From Promethearchaeota archaeon (GTDB taxonomy: Archaea; Asgardarchaeota; Lokiarchaeia; Sigyniarchaeales; SOKP01): a stretch of DNA of 64,000 bases. The notes under the pieces were generated by a model. That model ran no database searches, was not told the DNA's origin, and worked only from the letters and a program-made list of their open reading frames with translations. Of this stretch, positions 50,027 through 60,422 are shown piece after piece. The stretch covers positions 64,001 to 128,000 of the forward strand of contig JAEOTA010000018.1 in NCBI GenBank assembly GCA_016840085.1, read 5' to 3'. The translations under genes and the position numbers were made by a program. Numbering within the stretch: position 1 is the first letter of the stretch; the number at the start of each line of letters is the position of its first letter.

Positions 50027-50557
50027 ATGGCTCAGCAAAAGCTATTATTCAAAGTCGTCGTTGTAGGTGATGGCGGAATTGGTAAAAGCACTATGGTTCA
50101 GAGATTGACAACGGGTCAATTCATTCCGCAAAAGATTACAATAGGAACAGATCTAGCGGTAGAAGAGATCCAAGTTAATGAGAGGATTACAGTGCGACTT
50201 CAAATATGGGATTTTGCAGGAGAACGACGGTTTAGACTCTTTTTACCTAATTATTCAAGAGGTGCTACTGGTTGTTTATTATGTTATGATATAACCCGGC
50301 GAAGTAGCTTTGATAACTTGATTGAATGGTATGATATTGTAAGTAATAATGCTGATAATCCCGTAATTATTTTAGTTGGAGAAAAACTTGATTTAGTAGA
50401 TGTTAGAAGGAGTGTTGACTATGAACAAGCCGAAGAGTTTAAAGAAAAATATAATTTAGATTATTTTTTTGAAACATCTTCCAAGAGTGGTGAAAATAAT
50501 AATGCAGTTTTTACAACATTAACAAGCTCTATTTTGAAAAAACGGGGATATATATAA
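50027..50557 (+). CDS. Rab-like small GTPase
   Basis: FKVVVVGDGGIGKS, TIGTD, LQIWDFAGE.RF, YDIT, EKLD, ETSSKSG. Confidence 0.93.
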   Translation: MAQQKLLFKVVVVGDGGIGKSTMVQRLTTGQFIPQKITIGTDLAVEEIQVNERITVRLQIWDFAGERRFRLFLPNYSRGATGCLLCYDITRRSSFDNLIEWYDIVSNNADNPVIILVGEKLDLVDVRRSVDYEQAEEFKEKYNLDYFFETSSKSGENNNAVFTTLTSSILKKRGYI

Positions 50558-50649
50558 TGATTTAAATTTAGTTGTGACGAAAATCAACTAAGATTTAATT
50601 AAAATAAATATAAAAAAAATATTAGTAAAAATAGTATTTATTATTTCTA

Positions 50650-51594
50650 TTACTCTTCAAGTATATCTTTTAATTCATCAACATTAAAATTAAGATACTT
50701 AGCTGTTATTAAATCTTTCCCAAGAAGAGTTAAAAAATTTTTCTTTCGCTTTTTATTTAGGAATTTTTTCATCTCAGATAAATCTGGATTTGGATCAGTG
50801 ATTTCAAGCAATTTCTTCTTAAGCGCAGTATCAACAACTTTTTGCCCTATATCTGTTCTAATAATAAGAAAAGCTTCCCCAGATCCTTTTGGAGCGCCCC
50901 AGGGGGAGTAAGATATGTCTGAAAATTCTCCAGAAAAGTCAGTACAATATTTGCATCCTGTCATACCACCTGAAGAGCAGGCAAACGCAATCTTTAGGCT
51001 TGTTCGCTCAGCTCCCGTGTTAAAGTCTGAAGTAAGAATTTTCGCAAGACCTTGGAGATGACATGGATTACCTATGATTCCAATATCACGTTTATAATCT
51101 TTGTAAGCCTGTCCTATACCAGTAATTAATGGTCCTGCATTATCCATTGTCTTCTTTGGGATGTATTTTTTCGCATCTTTAACATTATCAACTACAACTG
51201 GGAAAGCAACTGGAGGTTTTTTGCTTTTAGGTTCACTTAAAACCATATGTTTTACAATACCCGCATCAAATGCAGCAACTACAAGATTATACAAGATATC
51301 ATTCTTATTACTTGATTTAACTTGAATTATATCATTGTAAACGCCAACACCTAAATCAACACGTGTTTTACCATATAATTTTTGTTCCATTTCTGATATT
51401 CGTAAAAAACTCCTTGGACACGCATTATAACATAAACCTATCGTTTCAGCACATTCATCTACAACAAAAGCTTCTCCCGTTTCTTGGTTAAAATCCATAT
51501 GTGGGCAAAAGGCATTACAACTTCCACAATGAATGCATAGTCCAGCATATATTACCTCATTTTCGAGATCTTGACTTGATTTTTCGACTTTCAT
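50650..51594 (-). CDS. FrhB/FdhB-like (F420-interacting beta subunit) protein with N-terminal ferredoxin
   Basis: CIHCGSCNAFCP, CYNACP, IGNPCH, GCKYCTDFSGEFSDIS, IIRT..G. Confidence 0.8.
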   Translation of the reverse strand: MKVEKSSQDLENEVIYAGLCIHCGSCNAFCPHMDFNQETGEAFVVDECAETIGLCYNACPRSFLRISEMEQKLYGKTRVDLGVGVYNDIIQVKSSNKNDILYNLVVAAFDAGIVKHMVLSEPKSKKPPVAFPVVVDNVKDAKKYIPKKTMDNAGPLITGIGQAYKDYKRDIGIIGNPCHLQGLAKILTSDFNTGAERTSLKIAFACSSGGMTGCKYCTDFSGEFSDISYSPWGAPKGSGEAFLIIRTDIGQKVVDTALKKKLLEITDPNPDLSEMKKFLNKKRKKNFLTLLGKDLITAKYLNFNVDELKDILEE

Positions 51595-51614
51595 TTAATT
51601 ATAACACATACTTC

Positions 51615-51658
51615 ATTATTTCTGTTTGTGTGAAACTTCACACTATAATAGAAATAAT
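51615..51658. promoter_or_regulatory. Imperfect palindrome in the divergent promoter region (candidate operator or 5' UTR hairpin)
   Basis: ATTATTTCT...GTGTGAA-AC-TTCACAC...AGAAATAAT. Confidence 0.4.
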
Positions 51659-51765
51659 AGAACACAAAATATAAAGTTTAAACTTTCCTTTTAACAGACT
51701 AAAAATATAAGATAATTGCTTTTTTCATTATATTCAAAAAAATCAAATAAATTATATAGTTAAAA

Positions 51766-53031
51766 ATGAATAAAGAAATAAAGGAAGCGTATGATCTAGC
51801 TTCTAAAAAGTATGAAAATCTTGGAATTAATACAGAAAAAATATTGGAACACCTAAAGGAAATTCCAATCTCAATTCATGCTTGGCAGGGTGATGATGTT
51901 GGAGGTTTTGAAAGACCTAATGCAGAACTAACCGGAGGAGGAATTATAGCTACAGGAAATTATTTCGGAAAAGCAAGAAATATACAAGAACTTAAGTTAG
52001 ACTTAGAAAAAGCACTTTCTTTAATTCCAGGGAATCATCGCATAAACTTACATTCTTTTCATGGTGATTTTGGAGGAAAATTTGTTGATCGTAATCAATA
52101 TAAGATTGAGTATTTTCACTCTTGGATTGACTGGGCTGATGAAAAAGAAGTAAAATTAGATCTTAATAGTACTCTCTTTTCGCATCCGAAAGCCGATGAT
52201 GGATTTACTTTGAGTAGTAAAGTAAAAGAAATTCGTCAATTCTGGATGGAACATGTTTGTAGATGTCGAGAAATAAGTGCTGAAATTGGAAGACAATTAA
52301 AAAGCCCTTGTATTCATAATATCTGGATACCTGACGGTTTAAAAGACATCCCTATCGATAGAAAGGGATATAGAGAATTATTAAAAGACTCTTTAGATGA
52401 GATTCTAAGAGATAAATATCCTTCTTCTATAATGAAAGATTCTCTTGAGGGCAAGCTTTTTGGCATTGGTAGTGAAGCGTTTGTAGTTGGAAGCAATGAA
52501 TTCTATTTATGTTATGCTATCGCCAACCAAAAAATGTTAACTCTTGATACGGGACATTTTCATCCCACTGAATCTGTAGGAGATAAAATATCTGCAATTC
52601 TCCCATTTATCCCAGAATTAATGCTTCATATAAGCCGTGGTGTAAGATGGGACAGCGATCATGTTGTAATTTTGAGTGATGATCTAATTCAACTAGCTGA
52701 AGAAATAGTAAAAAGTCAGGCTATGGATAAAATACATATAGCATTAGATTATTTTGACGCATCAATTAATCGTATTAGTGCCTGGGTGATCGGCACACGA
52801 GCAGTTCAAAAAAGCCTATTATATGCTCTGCTTCAACCATGGGATATGTTAAGAGAGTATGAAGAGAATGGACAATATTTTCAAAGACTTGCCTTTTTAG
52901 AAGAATTAAAAACACTTCCATTTGGTGCTGTATGGGACTTTTTTTGTTTAAAAAATGATGTTCCAGTAGGATATTCTTGGATTAAAGAAATCGAGAAATA
53001 TGAAATGACCGTATTACGAGAGAGAAGTTAA
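51766..53031 (+). CDS. rhaA: L-rhamnose isomerase
   Basis: ISIHAWQGDDVGGFE, TGNY.GKAR, NIWIPDG.KD, KLFGIGSE..VVGSNEFY, LDTGHFHPTE, HISRGVRWDSDHV, LDYFDASINR. Confidence 0.93.
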   Translation: MNKEIKEAYDLASKKYENLGINTEKILEHLKEIPISIHAWQGDDVGGFERPNAELTGGGIIATGNYFGKARNIQELKLDLEKALSLIPGNHRINLHSFHGDFGGKFVDRNQYKIEYFHSWIDWADEKEVKLDLNSTLFSHPKADDGFTLSSKVKEIRQFWMEHVCRCREISAEIGRQLKSPCIHNIWIPDGLKDIPIDRKGYRELLKDSLDEILRDKYPSSIMKDSLEGKLFGIGSEAFVVGSNEFYLCYAIANQKMLTLDTGHFHPTESVGDKISAILPFIPELMLHISRGVRWDSDHVVILSDDLIQLAEEIVKSQAMDKIHIALDYFDASINRISAWVIGTRAVQKSLLYALLQPWDMLREYEENGQYFQRLAFLEELKTLPFGAVWDFFCLKNDVPVGYSWIKEIEKYEMTVLRERS

Positions 53032-53041
53032 TTATAAGAGA

Positions 53042-53332
53042 TTAACTCTCCTCATCAGAGTCCTCTAAAAAACGAGAACAGGTATCATCCAGTTTTTTAA
53101 TTAAGTGGTCTCGATCTTTCCAAGAAATCCAAGTATTTCCTGATTTTTCAAAATTAAAACCCTCGTATTCTTCATTTATCTTAGCTAAAGTTTTTTTAAT
53201 AAAACTCCAAGAAAAACCTGTGTCTTCCACTATTTTTGCTATAGCAATAGGATGATTAATTTCAAGATGATTATTAAAATAATCGATTATTTTTTCAAAT
53301 CCAGATTTAGGAGATGTATTTGTTTCAGACAT
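53042..53332 (-). CDS. Small winged-helix-like protein
   Basis: KIIDYF...IAKIVEDTGFSWSFIKKTL followed by a beta-hairpin. Confidence 0.55.
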   Translation of the reverse strand: MSETNTSPKSGFEKIIDYFNNHLEINHPIAIAKIVEDTGFSWSFIKKTLAKINEEYEGFNFEKSGNTWISWKDRDHLIKKLDDTCSRFLEDSDEES

Positions 53333-53416
53333 CTTAATTAGATATTAATAAGTATTCAAATAATTAAATTCCTTGTATTATTAAAAGTAATATAAAAAAA
53401 GTGTTATTAAAGAAGT

Positions 53417-54433
53417 TTATTTCGATTTTTTCCCTTCTTTATGGAAGAAAATAGCGTAGAGCCCAAATAATAATGTACAAATTAAAAATATACCTAATAA
53501 CCAAAGATGAAGGTTTATAATAACTTCAGTAGGAGTAGGAGATCCTGTAATAATTGGTATGATTTTTGTTAATTGAGCATATAATTTCATTATTATAACA
53601 AATAATGCTATTGTATCTGCTCTAAATATTATAAGTTTGCTTTTTAAATATTGTACTTTATCGAATATGGAGCCAACAATAAAGAGAAAAAGGAATAAGT
53701 CGATTAAAAATGAAATCCAAGCATATGATGGAGTAATTGGAAATAATAGTTCGGCAATAGTGTCAATAATTATGAACAGGATATACAGAAAGGTTAATAT
53801 GTAAAATAAAGGGATGAAAGCTGCTAGTTTTTGAACAAATAGCAGTCTTATTAAAACAAAAGCCAATAGAATTAGATCAACAAAAAACATTGTGCGGAAT
53901 ATATTAGCACTTACAGTATCAATAGGGGAGGGCATAGTTTGGAAAAATTTCCAAAAATACCAAAAAGCTAATAATCCAAAAATACCAAAAACTACAAATT
54001 CTAGTGGTCGTGTAATTTTTCTCGATTTTTTTTTATTATACAAATAATCATCAATTTTAGTAGAGGAATCAATGCACAATTTAAAGGCAAAGCCAGCAGT
54101 TAGTATTTGGTTTGATATTAAGAAAAAATTCCTAAAAAACTCCGTTTTCATTATATTTTCGAATACGAAAATTATTGTTAATGATAATAAAAATAAAATA
54201 AGAATTATCACATTACTTAATTTATCAATGGGTCTTAGGAATGAAATTATTAACAATAGAAAAGCAAAAAACCCTAAAACACCAATAAATTGTAAAATAA
54301 AGAAGTTATACCCATAAGCGGGAATATACGCATATCCAATTAATAGCAGAAACCAGGCTGTGATAAATAATATTATTATAATAGCAAAAATGGGTTTTTT
54401 AAATAGATTTTTTAATCCCGCTATAAATGACAT
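53417..54433 (-). CDS. Hypothetical polytopic membrane protein
   Basis: About 10 hydrophobic segments; no recognised motif. Confidence 0.7.
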   Translation of the reverse strand: MSFIAGLKNLFKKPIFAIIIILFITAWFLLLIGYAYIPAYGYNFFILQFIGVLGFFAFLLLIISFLRPIDKLSNVIILILFLLSLTIIFVFENIMKTEFFRNFFLISNQILTAGFAFKLCIDSSTKIDDYLYNKKKSRKITRPLEFVVFGIFGLLAFWYFWKFFQTMPSPIDTVSANIFRTMFFVDLILLAFVLIRLLFVQKLAAFIPLFYILTFLYILFIIIDTIAELLFPITPSYAWISFLIDLFLFLFIVGSIFDKVQYLKSKLIIFRADTIALFVIIMKLYAQLTKIIPIITGSPTPTEVIINLHLWLLGIFLICTLLFGLYAIFFHKEGKKSK

Positions 54434-54628
54434 TTTAATAGTCTCTTATTAATGATTTTGAATTTTGTATATTAAATACAATATAAGTTTTTTGATAAAA
54501 TAACATTTTCTCGATAAGAATTGACAAAAAGTTAAAAATACTATAAATTAATCCTTATTACAATTAAATATTTATTTAATTTCCAGTTTATTAATTCTAA
54601 TACATATCTGATTTCAGTTTAATTAATT

Positions 54629-55885
54629 TTGAATGTTTCATCAACACCAGAAGAAATCGAGCAGTATTTTACAGATAATTTAATGAGTAAAGAAGAAGCT
54701 CACTCAATATTTAGCACATTTATTGAAAACTGTGATTCTGATAGAATTAGAGCCAAATTCCTTGAAACATTTACAAAAATGGCTCCTAAAAATGAAAATA
54801 CTTTTAAAATTCTTGAAAATTGTTTAATTTCAGATGAAAGTCCTTTAGTAAGAAGCACTGCTGCTCGCTACATTTTACGTGAGTTCCCCAAATTTAGCTT
54901 AATACCATTACGTTATATGATTCACAATGACAGATCCATTATTGTATTAAAGATCTTTTTAGATCTTTTAGAATACCCAAATAATCAATATTCTTATGAG
55001 TTGAAAAAGGAATTATTTAACAAATTAGCAAAATCATATCAAGTTGTTCTTGAAGAATCAAAATTTATGTTAGAAATAGAAAGTATGATAAATAGAAATT
55101 CGGATATTAATTTTTCTAAACCAATAATAAGCAAAAATCATGTTACAGCTTTAGATTTTGCAGGACAAAAATTAAAAAAGATTCCTGACTCCATTGGTTC
55201 TGTTTCAAAATTACAGTATTTAAATTTATGGGATAATAATTTAACTACACTACCAAAATCAATTGAACTTCTATCAAACCTTAAGTATCTCTTCTTAGAT
55301 TGGAATAGATTCACTAAATTTCCAGATTTAAGATGGGATAAATTAATATCATTAGAAAAAATGAGTATCACAAATAATTTTAAATTGAGGGAATTTCCCA
55401 ACTCGTTATTTTTACTTATTAAACAAAACCTCATTAAAAAATATATTAACGAAGGAGTTCATTCGAATGACGCATTTGTTTTGGGATTATTAGAGATTCT
55501 GACTGGTATGAAATTAAGAAAATTAACAAAAAACAAATTACCTAGATTATATACGTGTAGTTATAAAGTTGATTTAGATGGGCATATCATTGGAATATAT
55601 TTATATGGTTACCACAGTTTTCAAATTAATTTAATACCAATCCAGATATGCAGATTGAAGCACCTTGAAGAACTTATATTACGAGGTCAAAATATTCAAA
55701 TTATTCCAGAATGCATTAAAAGCTTAAAATCATTAAAGCATTTAGATTTATTCCAAAATGATATTAGATTTGTTCCTGATTATCTTAAAGAATTGCATGC
55801 ATTAGAATTATTAGATTTAGGAGAAAATAAAATTAGAGAGATTCCTGAATCATTAACACAATTAAAACTAGAATTTTGGGTATAA
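54629..55885 (+). CDS. HEAT-repeat + leucine-rich-repeat protein
   Basis: LENCLISDESPLVRSTAA (HEAT); repeated LxxLxLxxNxLxxLP in two blocks. Confidence 0.85.
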   Translation: MNVSSTPEEIEQYFTDNLMSKEEAHSIFSTFIENCDSDRIRAKFLETFTKMAPKNENTFKILENCLISDESPLVRSTAARYILREFPKFSLIPLRYMIHNDRSIIVLKIFLDLLEYPNNQYSYELKKELFNKLAKSYQVVLEESKFMLEIESMINRNSDINFSKPIISKNHVTALDFAGQKLKKIPDSIGSVSKLQYLNLWDNNLTTLPKSIELLSNLKYLFLDWNRFTKFPDLRWDKLISLEKMSITNNFKLREFPNSLFLLIKQNLIKKYINEGVHSNDAFVLGLLEILTGMKLRKLTKNKLPRLYTCSYKVDLDGHIIGIYLYGYHSFQINLIPIQICRLKHLEELILRGQNIQIIPECIKSLKSLKHLDLFQNDIRFVPDYLKELHALELLDLGENKIREIPESLTQLKLEFWV

Positions 55886-55913
55886 ATTGACTTAAAATAC
55901 TTAAAATTTATTA

Positions 55914-57101
55914 TTATTCTTTCATATTAATAAACGCACCAGATTTCATTAAATTACAAGGTTTTAAATATTCTAAACCTGATCTATGTGCAAAATCATC
56001 TAATAGTTTTGTCCATTCCTTATAATTTCTCTTCCCTGCTCCAAATGGTCCAGGCATATCCATCCCAGCTATCATAGAATCGTCTATTACTTTATAACCA
56101 CTAACAATGCCTTCCTCCAAAAGTTTACAACCTTCATTTAATTGAATTGCATAATATAATTCTAAGTTGAAAAGATTTGCTTTTTCGTCGCTATTAATGA
56201 TGTGTTTACCTTCTTTCCACTCATAAAGTCCTTTTCCTGTCTTTTTTCCTAATTTTTCCTCTTTTAATAAAGTTCTAAGAGTTTTTCCTGGAGTAAATTC
56301 AGGAGATAATTCTTTAGCGAAATAATTATGAGTATCACATACTACATCAATACCGAAATAATCCCATTTTGCAAATGGTCCTATAGCGGGATAAGAGACA
56401 ACGTCATTATCAATAGTTTCTACCGGAATGCCTTTTTCCATAGCCATATCAAGAAGCCAATTTAGATATAAACTAGTACCTATAGTTAATCTATTAACTA
56501 TGAATCCAGGACTCTCTTTTTCAATTTTTGCTATGTATCTTTTACCTTTTAACGCCGGAAATTTCTTACCTAGTGTAATACTAGTATCAAATGTTTCTTG
56601 GGAAGTATGAGCCCCTTTAATAACTTCAATCAATCTAAGAACTACGATAGGGGTAAGAAAATGCATACCAATAACCTTATCTGCTCTTCCAGAAGCCTCT
56701 GCTATCTTTGTTATACTCATGGTTGATGTATTAGTTGCTAGAATAGCATGCTTAGGAGCGAAGTTCCCTAATTTTTTAAAAATCTCTTGTTTGAGATTCA
56801 TATTTTCTGGAACAGATTCGATTACGAAATCAGCATTCTCAACAGTTTTTTCTATATCCCTATTTAAAATGAGATTTTTCATTAGTAACTCTGGAGTAAC
56901 TCCCTCATCAAGAGCACCTTTTGATTTAAGTTTTTTTAAACCATTTTCAATAAAATTTTTTGCTTTAGTAATTGTTTCTATCGATCTACTATATAAAAAA
57001 ACCTTCTCAAAACCCGCCATAAGTGCAACCTGAGCAATTTCGCGTCCCATTGTTCCAGCTCCTACTACTGCGATTTTTTTGATATAACTTATATCAGCCA
57101 T
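55914..57101 (-). CDS. 3-hydroxyacyl-CoA dehydrogenase with duplicated C-terminal domain
   Basis: VVGAGTMG, VIESVPE..LKQ, ATNTST, GMHF, PGFIVNR, GKKTGKG.Y. Confidence 0.92.
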   Translation of the reverse strand: MADISYIKKIAVVGAGTMGREIAQVALMAGFEKVFLYSRSIETITKAKNFIENGLKKLKSKGALDEGVTPELLMKNLILNRDIEKTVENADFVIESVPENMNLKQEIFKKLGNFAPKHAILATNTSTMSITKIAEASGRADKVIGMHFLTPIVVLRLIEVIKGAHTSQETFDTSITLGKKFPALKGKRYIAKIEKESPGFIVNRLTIGTSLYLNWLLDMAMEKGIPVETIDNDVVSYPAIGPFAKWDYFGIDVVCDTHNYFAKELSPEFTPGKTLRTLLKEEKLGKKTGKGLYEWKEGKHIINSDEKANLFNLELYYAIQLNEGCKLLEEGIVSGYKVIDDSMIAGMDMPGPFGAGKRNYKEWTKLLDDFAHRSGLEYLKPCNLMKSGAFINMKE

Positions 57102-57189
57102 AATATTCAACTGTTTTTCTTATCTATATTATTTTTAGAAGTTTGTTATTTAATAAATTAAATATAAATTAAACTTTAAAGTTTTAAAT

Positions 57190-58230
57190 TCATAATATTG
57201 AGAATAAATACCAAGATAATAACATCGTTCCAATACCAAGAAAGATAGAAATAGGCAAACCAGGTAAAATTTTATTACGTTTCAATCCTGTAATCGTTAT
57301 TCCTGTCCCAATAATTATAGCAATTGAAGTTAAAACCATAACGAGTAAATTATTTGTCTGAACTAGTGCACTAGAAGTAAGCATGCTATAAAAAGCCAAA
57401 TCTCCAATTCCAATCTCTAATTTAGAGGTATCATAGGCATATTCACCACTTTTAATTTTTCCTTTTATTTCCTCTCCCGATAATACCTCTTCATCATTTG
57501 ATTGCGACGCAATATCAATTAATTGCTTAATAGGTCCATGTTTATAAAACACAGCAAAAATATCCCAACATGAAATCCCAATTAAGATAGCTAATGTAGT
57601 CCAGAGGGGCATTAACACACCCATGGATGCTCCAATTAATAATCCTATATATAATACGATAAAATTTTTAGTGTTAATTGATTTTGAAGTAAAATACCTA
57701 TAAATCATAACAATAGTGAAAATAGCTGTAAAGAAAATTAATTCAATATCTAATAAATAAAACAAATTAGCATTATTATAAAAAATTAAATACAATATAA
57801 TTTCACCAAAAAACCAAGTTTGGAAAAAGGCTACTAACCCAAAACCCACTCCAAAAATATACATTAAGATGCCTATTCCTTTTCTCTTTATTAAAAAGAT
57901 TATAATAAATGCTGTAAATGCTGCTATAGTTGTATAAATTAAACCGTTTAGAAGTCCACCAACGGCACCAAGTTCACTTTCAGAAAAATATCCACCATCA
58001 ATTTGTACCCCTGCTTCTATATAAGTTAAATAAGCTAAAATACCCGCTATTACCACAACAACTACTATAGGAAAGGGATATAACTTCCTTTTAATTCTAT
58101 AAGTCGGAAAGAAATGAGGAATAAAATCTTTTTGAATAACTTTGTCATCTGATTTATTTTCCTCATAAGAATCTTTAATTCTTTCTGTCTTTAACTCTAT
58201 ATCCTCTGAACTTTCAGAATTCTCTGCCAT
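57190..58230 (-). CDS. Presenilin-family (GxGD) intramembrane aspartyl protease
   Basis: WDIFAV..GP, IGIGDLAFYS, LPGLPISI; about 9 TM helices. Confidence 0.88.
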   Translation of the reverse strand: MAENSESSEDIELKTERIKDSYEENKSDDKVIQKDFIPHFFPTYRIKRKLYPFPIVVVVVIAGILAYLTYIEAGVQIDGGYFSESELGAVGGLLNGLIYTTIAAFTAFIIIFLIKRKGIGILMYIFGVGFGLVAFFQTWFFGEIILYLIFYNNANLFYLLDIELIFFTAIFTIVMIYRYFTSKSINTKNFIVLYIGLLIGASMGVLMPLWTTLAILIGISCWDIFAVFYKHGPIKQLIDIASQSNDEEVLSGEEIKGKIKSGEYAYDTSKLEIGIGDLAFYSMLTSSALVQTNNLLVMVLTSIAIIIGTGITITGLKRNKILPGLPISIFLGIGTMLLSWYLFSIL

Positions 58231-58379
58231 ACTCTTGAATTTAATTAATAATGTAAATAAATTAATTTATTTTATAATATTATTACTGATTTAAATACCT
58301 AATAATTATGAAATTAAATATTTCATAATAGTTTTATATTTAATGAAATAGAATTAATTCAAATCCAATTATTCTTATA

Positions 58380-59153
58380 ATGAAGAAATTTCGGAAATCT
58401 GAACAAAAATTATCTAAATATATTAAAAAATTATCAAAATTAAGATTTAAAGAAAAAGCAAGAAAGTTTGTTTTTAGGATAGGAATATATCATGCTGCTG
58501 ATTTTGAATTAATTAAAGAAACTCCAAGTCAAAAAATATTTCCTTGTCATGCAGGAGTTTTATATACAGGGGATTTTAGCAATAATCTTTTTGAAAAAAT
58601 TAAGTTGTATTTGGATCAAATTTTTAATTCGTTCTTCTATAGTGTTAGAAATTTAGGGGAATACACCTTTTCTAAAGTGCTTTTTTTTAAAGGTATAAAA
58701 AAAGAATTTAAAGAAAAAAGAAAAAATAATAAAAAATTAAAATTACATCCTACAAATAAATTTTATAAGATTCTCATAGAAAAGAAAAAAGAAGAGGATC
58801 TTGATATGATATGCGTTATTACTGAGCTTCCAATATTTTCAAGTAAAGATGATAAAATTATTTTTTTATTTGGAGAAGCTCAACTACAACATCAGTGTTG
58901 TATAGTATCGACATTAACACTAAAGGAAACGTTCTATAACAGGATTGAAGACCAAAATTTATTTGAACAGAGGATAATTAAAGAAATTACACATGAAATC
59001 GGTCATTTAATTCTTGGTCCGAACCATTGTCAAAATAATTCTTGTGTTATGAGATTTTCCAAAGAGGTTGAAGAAATTGATCAGAAATCCTATAAGTTAT
59101 GTGAAAATTGTAGAAATAACCTAAACGAGATTAGAGAACGATTTAATTTCTAA
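58380..59153 (+). CDS. amzA: Archaemetzincin (peptidase M54)
   Basis: FLFGEA, HEIGHL.LG..HC...SCVM.FS....EID.K....C..C. Confidence 0.85.
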   Translation: MKKFRKSEQKLSKYIKKLSKLRFKEKARKFVFRIGIYHAADFELIKETPSQKIFPCHAGVLYTGDFSNNLFEKIKLYLDQIFNSFFYSVRNLGEYTFSKVLFFKGIKKEFKEKRKNNKKLKLHPTNKFYKILIEKKKEEDLDMICVITELPIFSSKDDKIIFLFGEAQLQHQCCIVSTLTLKETFYNRIEDQNLFEQRIIKEITHEIGHLILGPNHCQNNSCVMRFSKEVEEIDQKSYKLCENCRNNLNEIRERFNF

Positions 59154-59171
59154 TAAATCGCAAAACAAAAA

Positions 59172-60422
59172 TTAGAAACTAACAATAGGTAATTTTTGAA
59201 TGAATTCCTTAACCAAATTTACTCTTTCTTTCCTTTCCTTTTTGTAATATCTAAGCGGGTAAAGTTCATTAATCAGAAATTTATATATTTTTATCCAAAT
59301 TTTCGCAATATTACTTATTCTATAATTCTCAGCCATTTTTTGTGCATTATTTCCCATTTCCATTCGAAGATCATCATCTTTAAAAAGTCTTACAGTGTTC
59401 TCTTTAAACTCATCCAAATTATTTGCTAAATAGCCAGTTTTTCCATGTTTAATTACGTCTGAAATGCCACAACTATTTGCACCCACGCATGGAGTGCCTT
59501 GTGCCATGCTTTCTAAAAGAACTAATCCCTCAGCCTCTATCCAAGACCAAAGGCAAGAGAGATCAGCGGTATTATACAATTTTAATAAATCTGTAAAAGG
59601 TACTCTACCCAAATAGGAAACATAATCTCTATACTGCTTCTTTTTAATTAATTTTAGAATATGTGATGTTGATGGGCCATCGCTTCCTACAAGAACTAAA
59701 TGTGAATCTGGTACCTCTTTATGGATTTTCTTGAACGTTTTTATAATGTTTAATTGATGTTTCTCAGGAGAAAGTCTTGAAGCGTAAAGCATAATTTTAT
59801 TACTATCTAAGTCGTACTTATCTCTTATACCATTTTCCTTTATGTCTGTATAATATAAATCTGATATGCCATTGGATAAGCAAATAATGGGTTCTTTGAA
59901 TCTCTGTTTTCTTAATAAATCTTTTTTAGACATAGTTGGAACTGAAACAAGATCATATTTGTCTAAAACATGTCTTTCATATCGCCACACCCAATCCATC
60001 CTCGACAACAATTTCCCTACAATAGGAATATATTGGGAAGTATAGTATGAAAGTGGAGAATTATGAGTACCACACATTGGAATTCCAATATATTTTGCCC
60101 AATTTATCGCCATTGAACCAAAACTGGCATGTGTGTGAATATGGGCGATATCCAGATAATCATGTTGACAGAAGAAGTATTTATGTAACGGTAAACTCAG
60201 AACAAAACCAGTTTTAGGTGAAATTTTTGCTCCAAAAAAATTATGAAGACATAGATTTTTAGGTCCATTTTTTGGTTTTTGAATACCAGGGGCATACACA
60301 TGAACAGTATGGTCAGTATATTTTGCGATTGCTTCGGCTAGGTTTCTACAAGCAATAGCTGTTCCGTTGAGTTGTGAGTACATGCTTGTAAAAAATCCAA
60401 TATCGAGCATTTGTTTTGCCAA
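59172..60422 (-). CDS. GT4 family glycosyltransferase
   Basis: NGTA, HIHT, SNGI, SRLSPEK, EAEGLVLLESMAQGTP, GYL. Confidence 0.9.
   Translation of the reverse strand: MAKQMLDIGFFTSMYSQLNGTAIACRNLAEAIAKYTDHTVHVYAPGIQKPKNGPKNLCLHNFFGAKISPKTGFVLSLPLHKYFFCQHDYLDIAHIHTHASFGSMAINWAKYIGIPMCGTHNSPLSYYTSQYIPIVGKLLSRMDWVWRYERHVLDKYDLVSVPTMSKKDLLRKQRFKEPIICLSNGISDLYYTDIKENGIRDKYDLDSNKIMLYASRLSPEKHQLNIIKTFKKIHKEVPDSHLVLVGSDGPSTSHILKLIKKKQYRDYVSYLGRVPFTDLLKLYNTADLSCLWSWIEAEGLVLLESMAQGTPCVGANSCGISDVIKHGKTGYLANNLDEFKENTVRLFKDDDLRMEMGNNAQKMAENYRISNIAKIWIKIYKFLINELYPLRYYKKERKERVNLVKEFIQKLPIVSF

Noticed and set aside
50650-51594. FrhB-like gene as a selenoprotein
   Set aside because: No in-frame TGA; ends in TAA.
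51629-51642. Palindrome as a Rex operator
   Set aside because: Half-site spacing (2 nt) is shorter than in Rex boxes and no Rex gene is seen; kept only as a generic palindrome.
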